Origin: Podarcis gaigeae
Taxonomy: Eukaryota
DNA: 64,000 nucleotides
Strand: one strand, 5' to 3'
Assembly (NCBI GenBank): GCA_964106915.2
Contig: OZ066926.1
In this document: positions 12,778 through 26,166 of the stretch, piece by piece
Position numbering within the stretch: position 1 is the stretch's first letter
Layout of the letters: the number at the start of each line of letters is the position of its first letter
Notes under the pieces: generated by a model
Told to the model about the DNA's origin: nothing
What the model saw: the letters and a program-made list of their open reading frames with translations, nothing else
Databases searched by the model: none
Made by a program: the position numbers and the translations under genes

Positions 12778-15560
12778 CTTAGATATAGGACTCCACCCTT
12801 ATCTTGATTTATGTTATTTCCTCTTCCTCTAGGAAAAGCATAAGAAATTCTCGGAATTGCAATTCCATGTGTTGATCTCAGCATCACCACCAAACTTCAA
12901 TTCCTGGGTTTCTTGGAAATTAAAAGCCAATGTAAGTTTGTAGTGGAGATAAAACTGTTGTGAGGGTCCTTCTGCAAAATGTGAGCTATGAACCATTTTA
13001 ATCCTTTTGACCCAATAGTGCCTTCATGATTCTGATCTCTTCCTTGCATTTCTTCAACAGCTCTTCCTGTTCCCAGGCACACTTGCACATCCACTGAACC
13101 TCAAGTCTTCTTTGCATCTCTTCCCGAGTCTTCTTTGCATCCCTTTAATTTTGCTGCAGAACCTTTCCCAAGCTTCCATACTGGGAGCACTCTCCATCCT
13201 ATTTCCTCATCTCTGCATCCACTGTCTGCTTCCATTTCTCACTGGGCAATTACAGTCATCTATTTACATCCTAGGTCATGACCGCCGGTAAATTTGCATA
13301 GCACCGAATAGGAAGGGGGTCAGCTGTAACGTTAGAACATGTTTACCATGGTCTTGTTTCTCCAGCTTCTTGGCTGATTGTAGCTAAGTAGTAAAACACA
13401 CATACCACCACCACCAACAACAACAACTCAACACCTGACTACAAACAACTGCCTTCTTTTGAAATTCATTGTTGGATGTGGCATGCCTCGGAACACCAGC
13501 TTCCGGGAATTGCAAGTGGGAATAATGCCCTGTTGCATTTATATCCTGCCTGTGGGCTTTCCACAGGCATCTGGTTGGCCACTGTGCACGCAGGAGGCTG
13601 GACTTAGATGGGCCATTGGCCTGATCCAATAGGGTTCTTCTTATGTCCACCTCCCTGTTGAACTTCTGGCACATATTGAAGACAAACTTTTAAACTGAAT
13701 TCTGATTTTATGATTGTAACTCATTTTTAGTCTTATTGCATCGGGTCTCCTGTACACTGCTTAGAGACAACGGTGATTAACCAGTATACAATTTTTTAAA
13801 AATAAAAAAGGTATTAACTGCCTTTGCACTATGGCAAGTTTTCCAGTCCCCATGAAAATTCATCAACTTCTCAGTGTGAATTCTCCTAATGTACATCTTT
13901 CTGTATGCACTTTTGCCTGGTGTACCCATTTTTTGCAAAGCAATTTCCCCTAACATCATGCATTTCTGTAGGCTGCTTTCACTAATACATGCATTTATAA
14001 GCATATTTGTACCCTAGGCCATAGCCTATGTGCATGTTACTTCTATGGAGAGCTGCCTTGCAAAATTCAGAGAAGTGTGGATTTTGATGGGTGGCTTAGT
14101 TTTGTTTCACGTATTGTTCAGAAATAGCAAATTAAGTAAGTTTGCCTTTAAGTGGTAACTGAATCTGATTTCTCCTGCATCCCTAACAGTAGCTACCTTG
14201 GATCACACATCTTCCACTGGCGGCCTTCCCACAATCCCAACCTTATCCCTTCTTTGTTCCGTGACTTCCCTTCCACCTGCACCCACTCAGTCTTCCTCCC
14301 CACCTCCAATCTCTCAGACAGGAGATTTATTCTTCTCTTCGCCCTCCTCCTCCTCTTCCCTTTCTTCCTCTAATTTCCTCCCCCACATCCTGTCGCCCTA
14401 ATGTCTTCCCCCGTATCTGCTCTCCCACCCTCCCCACTTCTCTGTAGTTAATTCTGCCTAGATTCTATCTCTCCCTCCGGCAAAAAATATTGCTAACTAG
14501 ACTCATGCTCTTTTTTCCTCAGTTCCTGTTTAATTGATCCCCCCTCCCATCCCAGCAGAGGTTCTCCTTCCTTGCTCCTCTGATCTATTTCCCCCACATT
14601 CACTGCCAAAAATCTCCCCCCCTGCAGAACCCTGGATGCTTTTGATGCAACCATCCCCATCGTTCCCTCCTGCCCCCACTCTTTTTGGTCTCCCAGACTT
14701 CTCTCCCCCACCCCATGTTCCTCCTATTCATCTTGCCGCATTTTCCCCCTTTTCTGCAGCCCCAGCTTGTTTTTCCTCCTTTCCCTTTTCTCCACGCCCC
14801 CCTCTGCATTTGATTTCCTCCTCCTATTAGCAGCAGTCGTTGTTCCCGCAATCTACCCACCTCCTCCTAGCCTTTTCTTTTCATCTCTTTCCCCTTCTCC
14901 AGAACTCTCCCCGCCGCCACTGATCCTGTACCCCAAAATCTCACACTCCTCCAAACACATTTGCTTTATTCAGCTGCCTGCACCAGCTGCTCCTGTATTT
15001 CCTCCTCCTATGATTTCTCTTCTGCTCTCTTCCCTCATCAAAGTGAATCCTCACTCTCCCTGATCTCTCCCTGCACATTCCACATTCATTGCATCCTTCC
15101 TGATTCCACAATCCCCCTCCATTCCCCCCTCCCGTCTTCTCTATGCGGCACAGTTTCTGCCAGTTCCTCCGTTGCCACGTGTGCATCCAAGGTACCATAT
15201 TCCCAGCTCATTGCCATGGTGACCATTAACCCATTCCGCATTTGCCAGGAGGAGGAGGTTGCTCTTATCACTAGGCCTTCCCTTCTTTTCTCAGGTTAGT
15301 GTAGCCCATTAGCTCTCTTATATTGACATCGTTGGTTCCTGATGGAGACTGGGGAAATGGAGTCACAGGGAAATGCACCCATAAGGAATGGGGAAAGATC
15401 CAGAGTTCTCCTGCCTTCCAGCCTTGTCCTCTGGTCCATCTTCACTCAGGTGCTAGTGAGCTTCATGGCTGAGTGGAGATTTGAACTCTGGTCTCCAGGC
15501 TACTCTAACCACTACACTACACTGGCTCCTTGAACCTTCTTGCACTCTACTCCCTGGAGA

Positions 15561-15703
15561 TCATAGAACTGTAGAGATGGAAGAACCACCAGGATCATCT
15601 AGCCCAACCCCCTGCAATGCAGGAACCTTTTGCCCAACATGAGGCTTGAACCCACAACCTTGAAATTAGGAGTCTCATACTTTACCGACCGAGCTATCCC
15701 AGC
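15561..15703 (-). mobile_element. Short SINE with tRNA-Lys-like head and CR1-like tail
   Basis: Minus strand GCTGGGATAGCTCGGTCGGTAAAGTATGAGACTCCTAATTTCAAGGTTGTGGGTTCAAGCC followed by a CR1 3' end (TTCTATGAT). Further copies at about 50010-50155 (-) and 38005-38150 (+). Confidence 0.7.
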
Positions 15704-15994
15704 TTGGATCCTGTCGCTCCATCACAATGGCCATCACTTCATTATTCCATTTTCTCAGAGAGCCAGCGGTCCTTCCACTTCAGCCCCAAAACGTGCAAAG
15801 CAATAATAATAAAGATGATAGTGCCTCTGAGCACACACAGAGTGATTCCCCTCTTATAGCTGGAAAGGAAGCTACGTTTTAATGAATCGAACTACTTATC
15901 CATTTAGCTCAGAAGTGTCTATGCAAAGTGGCAGTGGCTCTCAAGGAATTCAGGCAGTCTCTCCCAGAGTCTTCTATGGTCATGAAGAGGAGAT

Positions 15995-16575
15995 ATTTTT
16001 GTTTGAAATAAAGTTTATTGAAGTCTTATTTACATTATATTACAGAGTAAATAATGGATTGTTTTTTTGGCCCAGTCCCTCCTCCATAGCAAGGAGGACT
16101 GGGGTCGGGACATTTTTATTAACCATAATAATAATAATAATAATAATAATCATTAATAACCATTAATAACAATTTTCTTGTAATTAATTATTTTTTCTTT
16201 TTTAAAAAAGGTTCCTTTGTTGGTTAATTAATCCCCTCCCCCTCCCCTTAGGTTCCCAATCCCCCCAACCCCATTCACCCCAAAATTCTAGGATGCAGCC
16301 TAAGAAAATAGAATCAGTGCCACCTCTCCAGACCAGCTGCACCAATTCTGCCTCCATGACCACAGGATCCACTTTTCTCACCGTGGCAGACACTCTCCTC
16401 CCCGTGTTTCAAAAGTTGCATTCCATATTTAAACCTTAGACGCTTATAGAGAATAAAATACTCAGCTGCTTCCAAGATGTCTCTCTGTGTGTGCAAATTT
16501 AAGTCTTGTAAGCACCACCAGAATATTTCCACTTCCTCTGCCCAGGTGTGGCAGAAAGCTTTCACAAGAGGGAGA
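15995..16575 (-). mobile_element. Putative 5'-truncated non-LTR retrotransposon 3' end (L1/Tx1-like?)
   Basis: Frameshifted Trp/aromatic-rich peptide remnant (FWWCLQDL...ILEAAEYFILYKRLRFKYG / LVQLVWRG...FWGEWGW), then a T-rich UTR, a 12-bp stem-loop at 16071-16103, and AATAAA at 16019-16014 before an A-rich end. Confidence 0.4.
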
Positions 16576-18500
16576 GAAAATGATTTAATTGGTATAAAAA
16601 CTAATACTTTGCCTTTGAGTGTGCCACACATATCGATATACATCTGTTTATTCCAAAACGCTTCTTTTAGCTTTAATGCTGCTGACAAAATACCCCTATT
16701 CCCATTCTCCTTAGTCTGTGTAAATGTACAAGATGGCTTTTAGCCCTTATATGACTTCTTCCATCCCAAGGGTTGTTTGTATCCATGCACAGGGGGGGAA
16801 GGAAGCAAGGCTTAGAGATGTTTTAATGCTTTCAGTACCAAAATTCATCACGACACTATTAAATATGCCATCCCTCGCCCCCTCTCCTGTGGGGCTCTTG
16901 CACTTTTAACCACTCCGTGGTGGGTGGAAGTTGAACAGGTGCAGCTTTTCACAGTGATGGCGAAGGCTTCACCTGTTGAATTTTTGTTTGTCCTCATGCA
17001 CCTGTGAAAGCCGCAGGAGAAAGCTCTGCCCTACCCAAAGATGGCAGATTACTTAAAACGGCAAAAGCAAAATGTTTTCCCTCGCTGCTCTCAACTCTTT
17101 CTGGTTTCTAGCATGACTGTTGGTTCAACAGAGAGCCCCAAATGCAGGGCTGCCAGACCTAGACTCAGAATCCGCTTGTACCTTCAAGGCTTGCATGGGA
17201 GAGAAATTCTTACCGGGTGTGGCTTTTTCTACTCTTAAAGGCACAGAAAGCCTCTCAGAGGCAGGCCCACCAACCTTACCTAAAGGGAATTTGCTACATT
17301 TTCTCTATGGTTTCCCTTCCTCCCCCAGAATAGCCTCAGCTCGCAGGGAGAGGAACACATATCAACTTGGATCAATGGAGGAGTGTAGAGGGCAAGTCTA
17401 TCCTTTGATGACTGCAAGGGTTCGCTTGCCTGTGTGAATGAGCCATTCGATACCAGACAAGATTGATACACCTTTCCTATCATCTCAGAGCAATGTTTAC
17501 CCCCCAGTGGATTTGGTACACACATTCAATCAGGGTGGGGTGGGTGGGTGGTTGAGTCACCCGTCAAAAGAACTCAAGTGATGCCGCCTTGAGTAATACT
17601 ACATAGGTATCAGAAAGGTGACGTATAAATCCTTTATAATAAATAAAGTGTGTGTTGTCTGAATTATGCAAAGGTGATTTTGCAGTGAGGAGCGAACAAC
17701 TTCACCTTAGGCGATCATCTCAGCCGTCCGTGTGAAATAAGTGTGAAGTGGGACAGAGATTACCGAGAAGCTGACAGTTGCCTTAATTTTAGTGGACAAA
17801 CTCCTGTGTCTTTAAGAGCTTCATGACACTCAAGAAATGCATAGCTGAAGTTTTCCCCGCATTGCTGCATCTCTAGGGACAGGTTCTCCTGCTGGAGCGT
17901 TTTGCCTCTTGTACTGCAATGGATGGAGACACAGGTGGTTGCCCATACAGAATGGAGCAATAGTTGCTGAGGCCATGATTCCTAGTCCACTGACACTTTC
18001 TTGATGTATGAGAAGTCCACTCACACCCTGCAATACTTTTTAAAAAACAAAAAACAAAACATGCCTTATGTTGTAATCCAATGCAGACATACCTGGGGGT
18101 GTGCCCTCACTGAACATAGTGAGACTTCCTTCCGGGTAAACATACATTGGATTGTGCTTCAGTTTTCCTTGCTGTAATATGATCCTGCGTTCAATCGTGA
18201 ATCGTCTTGAGATGTATGATTGGTAGCATTAAAAACAACAGCCACCATAACCCTTTAGAAAATTGAGCATCCTGAACGGGGGATATTTTATCAAATAATA
18301 CTTTGGGAGGAGGTGTAGGGAACAGCATTCCTCCCCTCCCTACTCCATAAGTTCAAGTGTGTTACTTTTAAATAACATGCTTATAACTAGGGCTGCAATG
18401 CTCAGTCAATCAGGTAAACTCAATTAAAACATTTTGATTGACTAAAAAAAGCTGTCCCTGATTAACATCATGTAAAAACAGAATTTGTATTAGGCTGTAT

Positions 18501-18745
18501 CCAACCTAGCAGTTCGAAAGCACGTCAAAGTGCAAGTAGATAAATAGGTACCGCTCCGGCGGGAAGGTAAACGGTGTTTCCGTGCGCTGCTCTGGTTCGC
18601 CAGAAGCGGCTTCGTCATGCTGGCCACATGACCCGGAAGCTGTCTGTGGACAAACGCCGGCTCCCTCAGCCTATAGAGTGAGATGAGCGCGCAACCCCAG
18701 AGTCGGTCACGACTAGACCTAATGCTCAGGGGTCCCTTTACCGTT
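18501..18745 (+). mobile_element. Sauria SINE, 5'-truncated
   Basis: Starts at CCAACCTAGCAGTTCGAAAGCAC and matches the 3' two-thirds of the other copies. Confidence 0.88.
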
Positions 18746-19074
18746 AACTAGGTTGTAGTCAGAGTAAACCGGCTGAACCTAATGGACCTACATTAGTAAT
18801 GCCCATTAATTTCAGCGGGTCATCTCTGAATATGACTAATTGGATGCAGCCCATTCCCCCACCCCCGCCTTATATGCACATTTATTCAGATTTGATTTAT
18901 AGTACAGTTCTGTTAACCAAGTCTTGGGCTGATTAACTTTCTGTGTCCTTTTAAATGTGTTTGTGGGAGGGTGGGTTATCAGTCTGTCTTGGTTTTTTTT
19001 TTTTAATGTAATTTGTGTTCTCATTTTGTATTTTTGTGTTGTGAACCACTCTGCCATCTTCCGATGAATGGTGG

Positions 19075-19121
<47 letters not shown>

Positions 19122-20606
19122 TGATGATGATGATGTTAGAAGTCTGCTCAGAAATAAGTCTAATTGAATGCAATGGGCTTCAGTTCTAAGCCTACTTACT
19201 AGGGAAGTAATTCCAACTGAACTTAGTGGGACTTACTTTTGAGGAAACATGCATAGGGTTGAGCAGTAAGAAGTTAAGTTGGTGAGTGTTGCATTCATTA
19301 CATTTGTTTCTGAATTGTAAGAGCAGTGGTGGAAAACTGCAATGGGAAGACCAGGGTAACAACAACTTGATGGCGACGTCATAGAACCTCTGCACAAATT
19401 TTGTGAAAACAAACCAAGAGGATGGTTCAATATCTGCTTTGTCTGATGGTGACCTGGGTCAGGAAACCTGAGGGCCCATAAGCCAACCTGGGCCTGCTTT
19501 GTTTTCCTGTCTACAACCTTGCTGCACCATCGGCTGGCTTGCTCTCATACCTTGAGCATCAACCTGATTTGCAAAAATGAGCAAATAATGCTTTTCAAAA
19601 CCTGGAGACTTGACACCATCACCTGCTAAAGTCTGTATATCAAACTGCTGTTAAAAGCACTACTACAGTGACCACGTGGAAAGTTGGCAACTTTGCTTGC
19701 AGTTGCCCCATGACCTCTATAAATTCCTCACACCCCGTCTCTCTCTCTCTCTGCCTCCCATTTTAGGCTATTATTTATTTATTGCACAGCCCCAGCCCCA
19801 CGGAGATATCCAGTTGCAAAGGAAAAATTGGGGGTCCTATGTCAAGCAGATTTCCAAGGAGGTTTCCATGCCTATCAAATCTATTTGGAATATGGAAAAA
19901 AGAGGAGACTGATACCTTACAACCGTTAGCTGCAAAGCTGAACTCCTACAAGAAGCCATCATCACTGCACCTACGTTGCTGCTTGGCGATGGCTATTGCT
20001 GCTGACCTGACCAGACCTCTGAGCCACACGCTCTGCTTTCCTCTCTTTATTTGCACTTTGGAATCAGAAGCCATCCTTTCTATTCCTTCCTTCCTGCATT
20101 CTGAGTTGCCATTTTCGTTAAATCTCTACATTTATGGAGCCACCACCTCCCTGATCTGGTATTGCTATGGAAGCTTGGCTCACAACAGTCCAGTTATTTA
20201 AACAAAAAACAAAAAACCTGAGGCCCTAGTAGGGAGGGACAGGAGTGGCAGCAGTCCTGAAAGTTGCACCCATCTGCTTTCTGAGCAACTGCTTGCATTT
20301 CCAGAGCTTCCCTCCCCCTGCAAATAAATAAATAAATACCGGTAAATAAATAAATAAATAAATATCCCAACAACAACAACAACAACAGATGAAACACAGG
20401 TTCCCAAACTCAATATAGCTTGACAAGGGCAGCAATGATTGAGTGCATTGGACAACTGGAAATAATGGGGTGGGACTTATTATGGGATTAATGGAAGGTT
20501 GAGGAGTGAGTACCTTCTCTTCTCTCCCCCTAATTTTCAAATTATAGATTTAGGGCTAAGATTGGTACAACCCAACTGCAGACTGGAGGCGGCCAAATGT
20601 TGTACC

Positions 20607-21585
20607 TATCTTCAAAAAGGGGGGGAAAGAAGACACAGGTAACTACTGACCTAGGTAACTTGACATCAGTACCAGGGAAGAAACAGTTGGTCTGTGAGCA
20701 CTTAGAAAAAGATGTTATCATCACTAAGACTCAGCATGGGTTTCTCAAAAACAGGTCATGCAAGATGAATCTCATTTCTTTCTTTTTTGTGATGGAGTTA
20801 CAAGCCTGGTAGATCAGGGGAATGCTGTGGATGTAGTTTAGCTTGATTTCAGTAAGGCTTTTGACAAAGTCCCCCATGATATTCTTGCAGAGAAGCTGGT
20901 AAAATGTGGACTGGACGAGTATTAAGTGGATTTGTAGCTGGTTTAGTAACCAAACCAAAAGAGTGCTTACTAATGGTTCCTGATCACCCTGGAAAAAGTG
21001 ACAAGTGGAGTGCCAGAGGGTTCTGTCCTGGGCCTATTGTTGTTCACCCTCTTTATAAACGACTTGGGTGGAGGAATTGAGGGGATGCTCATCAAATTTG
21101 CAGATGATACCAAACTGAGAGCAGTAGCCAATGCTGCAGAAGACAGAATCGGGATTCAAGGTGACCTTAACAGATTGGAGAACTGGGCCAAAACTAACAA
21201 AATGAACTTCAGCAGAGACAAAGGCCAGGTTCTACACTTAGGCAGGAAAAACCAGCTGCACCAATATAAGATGGGGGACACCTGACTTGCCAGTAGTACA
21301 TGTGAAATGAGCTTGGGGTCTGACTAGACGACAAGCTTAACATGCAGCAAAAAAAAAGTTAATGCTATTCTAGGCTGCAGCAACAGAACTATGGTGTCCT
21401 GATCAAGGGAAGTAATAGTTGTGCTCTGTTCTGACTTGGTCAGAACAGACCTGGTGTCCTTCCTTGGAGGTTTTTAAGCAGAGGTGTCTGTCATGGATGC
21501 TTTAGTTGAGATTCCTGCATAACAACTAGTTGATCTAGATGACCCCTGGGGTTCTCTTCCAACTCTATGATTCTATGGTTCTATT
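20607..21585 (+). mobile_element. CR1 LINE fragment (degenerate reverse transcriptase and 3' end)
   Basis: Motifs QHGFLKNRSC, DFSKAFDKV, SGVPEGSVLG..LF..FINDL and IKFADDTKL, with stops and deletions. Ends in a CTATGATTCTATG CR1-type tail. Confidence 0.92.
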
Positions 21586-22121
21586 ACGGTGGCCAGAGAG
21601 AGTGAGACCAACTCCCTTCACACCAAATAGAGCTCCCTCTACCTCCACAGTGGTCTTGCCACCAAATGGGAAACAGAAGTGTAGGCTATCTGTCACTACA
21701 GTGTTTCCTTAGCTCGATGAGGTCAAGTGGACCAGAAACATGTTATTTGTAAAGCATTAATTTGTAGGATTGCATACAGTGCTGGGATGGATCACTTCCT
21801 TCCACAGCCTTCTGGCTTGGAGACGACACCTCATCCCTAACTCTCCTTTGGCACAGAAGCGACTCCCAGAAGTGAAGGGTTACTCACTGAAACAGGGGGC
21901 GCTCTCTTGCAATAGGTGATGATTGTGGACCCCTGAAAGAATAGATGCGGTCGAGTGCAAATATGGTGATGCTGTAGATAGACTGCTTGATAGATGGCAG
22001 GAAAATCAGAAACCAGTGCTGGCTTCTGATTTCCTAAGCAATGCATGAAGGTGAACTTAACTGCAGCTGGTGCTGACTCTGCAGTGGGAGGAGGAGGGGA
22101 CATGCGGAAAAAGAGAATCAG

Positions 22122-22168
<47 letters not shown>

Positions 22169-25100
22169 AAAGCTGATTCAGCAGTATCTTTCTTCTCATC
22201 CCTCTTCATAGCTATGGCACGAGAGCATCTGCTCCTCACCCTTCAAAAGTCCTTGCTGCCTTCTCTTCCCTCTGTGTAAGATGGGTCCATGTTGTGATTG
22301 CATTTATAGCATCCAAGGATAATTCATCTTTTTCTCAAGGGAATTCTGACATAGTGGGTGCTAAAACTTGCTTCAGATTGGGAAGACTGGGGGGGGGAGT
22401 GCCACGAGGAAATCCATGCATTAGCATGACACCTCTTCACAGGAAGCCATATTGCAATGTTGCCTGCAAACACAGTGAAACTTTTTCCCGTTGTGCCTCA
22501 CAGAATGCCGTTCCTTAAACCTTTGAATGCCCCAGGGGAAACGGGGTGGGACTAGCCCAGTCTAACAAGAATGTCATTTCCTGCCCCACCTTTTCCCCTG
22601 CAAAGGACAGGAGCGGAAGTCCTCTCCCATCACTCAATTTACTACAGTGTGACAGGAAAAGAGGCTGGTGACAGGCAGAAAGAAAGAGAGGGAGAAAACA
22701 CTAATTCTTCCTTAGCTCAAGTTAGATCTTTGGTCCATCTAGGTCAGTATACTAGTAGCCTCCAGCTTTTTCAAACTTAGGACCCATCTTTCAACCAAAC
22801 ATGGATTTTGGGAGGCCCAGTTTCTTCTTCTTTTTTACCATATATTTGTATGGCAGTCGTGCCAAAGTTTCAACCCACTTTAGATCAGCTTGTGGTTCTG
22901 TAGTAGGTGCCCAACCCACCGCTTGAAGACTGATGCCCTGCATCAACGGGCAACAAAATTTCAGGCAGGAAGACTTCCAGTCCTACCAGGGCATAGCCAA
23001 CATTTTTTTGGGGGGGGGGGGAGGACTTTGTTGGGTGGGCAGAACTTTTGTTGGGGAGGGGGCAGGACCAATGTGATCGGTCAGTTAAGTACTTCTATTG
23101 TTTTACTTGATGGGGGGGGGGCAGCTGCCACCCCGCCTCCCCTTAGACTGATACTGCGGTCTTCTGCCTGAAAAGTAGGCTCATTTACCTCACTGAGCAA
23201 CAGCCTTTTCCTGTAGCTGAAGCAAAACTGGGGGGGGGGGGGTAAAGCAGGATTAAATTTTACAGGGAGAGTGAAAATAGTTTGAGCTGAGCAGCCAGAA
23301 ACACCGCAAGATTTCCCTCTCAAGCCTTCTCTTTCTATTCAATCTTACATCCAGTAATATCCCTTTTTTTCTTTGCCATTTTCCTCTTACAATTTTTCCA
23401 CCACATTCCTTCCCCCCCTTTTTTTATTTCCCTCCCCATTCCCATACTCCTTCCGTTCAGGTTTCCCTCTTCAGCAGCTTCCTCCCCTCCCCCCACTTTT
23501 TGTGTGTCCTGTCAGCATCCCTCTTCTACTCAAAATTCATGTCAGCCTTTCTTTTTTTCCTGCACCATGTTCCCTCTTTGGTTGAACCACAGAGTATCCA
23601 TATGCAGGAGCTGGAGTTGCAAAGGCGCAGCGGAGTATTATAGAGAGAGGAACTGGAAAGGAAAGAGACAGTTTCAAAATGAAAGGGGTGGGGGTGGGGA
23701 ATGCACAAAATGTTAAGAGGAATTAAATGAGATGGGCGGGGGAAAGGAAGAAGCAGAGGAAAACTAGAGAATTATGCACACTGAATCCTTAGGAAATGAG
23801 TGTGTGTGTTTAGCAATCCAAAAATAATAATTCAGAAAGCCCAAGAAGGTGAAATGTTGTGAAAAGAAAAAAATTAAGAAGGGTACAAAAAGGAAAAAAA
23901 CTCACACAGGAGTGAGTGAGGAAATGGGGAAAAAACTGTTACGCAAACGAAACAAAAATAAAAGTAAGACGAGAAGAAACTGATGCAGAAAATATAAGCT
24001 GTTAAGTCAAAACAAAGGAAAACCAAGAGAAATATAGGAAGGGAAAGGAAACAGGGGTTCAAATTTTACTCCCTAGTGTGGTAGATGATTGACAGCTGGA
24101 TAATAAATTCTCCCTCCCTCCCTCCCTCCTTCTCTCTCTCTTTCTCTCTTCCTTTCCCCTTGAGTCTTTAGCCTCATAAACCCCAGGTGGCATCATCATG
24201 ACTGAAGGGAACATGCTTAAAAAAGAGTCATCTGGAGTTCTTAAGAGTTTCCATTTGCACCACGATGACATGGCCGTGGCCCCTTGCTGATGGACAACTG
24301 AATGATGGGGTGGGAATATTTGAGGCATTGTTGGCTGGAAGACACAGTTATTTCCTCACCCCTCCATAATTGTGTTTTAGTTGTCTCATTTGTAGGGGCA
24401 CCGTTTTTTTTTTAAAAAAGGTCTTTTCAGATAATACATTGGGTTCTTCTCTGAAACGCTGACAAAAATAAAGGTGGTGAAAGAGCCAGGAGGTGGAGCC
24501 AGGAAGAAAGCAAATGGTACGATATCTTGGAAGAAAATTTAGATGTCAGACTCTTTTCTTCAACAATAAGAACAGAAACGGGAGTGGGGGCGTGCACATT
24601 TCCTGACAGGAAAAGGCCTTATTTTAGCCAACCCCAAATGGTGGTGCAGCACTTTGCTGTTGGGTTCCAAGGGGAAGTGCTTGAGAGAATAATGAAACCT
24701 ACAGGATTGGTGCCCAAGCTGGTCATTTGTGGGCATACAAAAATGATGATTAGTCATTTCCTGTAAGAACCTAGAAGGCAAGAATGAGGCACAGAGGGAG
24801 CAGGTTTGTGTGTGTGTGTTGGGGAGGGAGGAGGACATTTAGGGCACAGAAGAACGGCAAGGGAACAGTTCCATGCTATAATTTGGTTGACTGAGATTGA
24901 GATATTGGTAGAAATAAACTGAATAGAGTATTTCTCTCAGGGCTAGTTGTTTTGAGGCAAATAAGCATAGCAGTATTTGTAGAGCTATGTCACAAACCGG
25001 CAAGATGAAAAGGGGAATGGAAAATATAGCACTACATTTTACCTGGTCATTTTTGGTTGAACCAAGATGGCAGTCTAATGTATTTCCTGTCATCACCTAA

Positions 25101-25712
25101 GAAGCTGGGATGGAAGGATGGCTGTTGTCAGGTAGATAAGCCTGAATAATTAGGGCTTTTGAAGGATGGAGGTAAAAATGTCAAGGAGATGTCGTTTATA
25201 GTCAGGAAACTAGAGAATGATGACAATGGTAAAGCAATTACTTCTTGTCAAGCTAGTTTTGTTTCTTCGTTGTTGTTTTGACAGAGGGAGATGTTGGCAA
25301 TGAGCCCTCTCCTTTCAGGAATTGGATTGATGGGAGAAAATGGTTTCTGGGCATCTTCCTCTCACAAGATCTGAAAAATGCAGATGGTTTTGAACCTGCT
25401 TGCTGTCGAAACCTCTTCAGGGAGAAGGTTGAGGGGAACATGCTTCACGAGTTATTTCCCACTAAGGTTTCCAACCACCTGAGTGAAAGGAGAAGTATTC
25501 TGAGGCAGCAGAACTGAACTGGGAGCTATATCTCTTCTTTCCGCTGCTCTGTGGAGAATGAACAGGGTGTGTGCATGACTTGAGTTTTGAGGGGTGGGCT
25601 TTTCAAATTGGTAGTTTCCCAGGGAAGCAAGGAAATAAGGACAGTTTCCAAGAGGGCGGAAGGGGAGGTGAGGGGGGCACCGGCAATCTCAAAAGTTGGT
25701 TGAATAGTTCCC

Positions 25713-25715
<3 letters not shown>

Positions 25716-25754
<39 letters not shown>
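25716..25754. repeat. (GA)n microsatellite in the presumptive CACNG7 3'UTR
   Basis: Read directly; about 155 nt after the stop codon. Confidence 0.9.
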
Positions 25755-25760
<6 letters not shown>

Positions 25761-25908
25761 ACATTTCTAGCAGAGTAGGTGGTAAAGAGTCTTTAGAGAG
25801 GGGAAGACAACCCACACTGGTAGGGGAGTCTCCTAGGCAGGTTGGGGTAGAACGATATAGTCTGCAAGCGAAAGCTGGCTTCCTTGTCCAGCTCGTTCTC
25901 TGGTGCGT

Positions 25909-26166
25909 CTAGCAAGGTGAGGTGGATATGTGCATATGTTCAGGGTACTTGATGGCTGGTGGGTAGTTCTGAGTCATCTGGATGGAAACGTCGCTGGAGA
26001 TGTCGGAGGGGCTACGTCCACGGTGCCACACTTCGGGGTGCAAGAACTGGCCGGAGTAGTCGGAGCAGTCACTCAGGCGTGGCCGGTAGAAGGCTGGGTG
26101 AGGGCGGTACATTTCCTCCTCAGCGTAGCGCTTGGTGAAGAGGTAGACAGACATCACCCCTGCGCC
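25909..26166 (-). CDS. CACNG7: CACNG7 coding exon 5 (end of TM4 and cytoplasmic tail, stop TAG), 258 nt
   Basis: Encodes GAGVMSVYLFTKRYAEEEMYRPHPAFYRPRLSDCSDYSGQFLHPEVWHRGRSPSDISSDVSIQMTQNYPPAIKYPEHMHISTSPC*, ending in the type II TARP -TSPC terminus. Acceptor CTCTTTGCAG|. Total CDS 846 nt = 281 aa. Confidence 0.97.
   Translation of the reverse strand, partial: GAGVMSVYLFTKRYAEEEMYRPHPAFYRPRLSDCSDYSGQFLHPEVWHRGRSPSDISSDVSIQMTQNYPPAIKYPEHMHISTSPC

Noticed and set aside
1-25000. CACNG8 coding exons or MIR935, expected by mammalian synteny
   Set aside because: I found no TDYWL, GLW..C or YGWSF motifs on the minus strand here; they probably lie left of the window.
25906-25911. Stop-codon readthrough of CACNG7
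   Set aside because: The context is TAG-ACG, not the leaky TGA-CTAG motif, and the -TSPC end matches the known protein.
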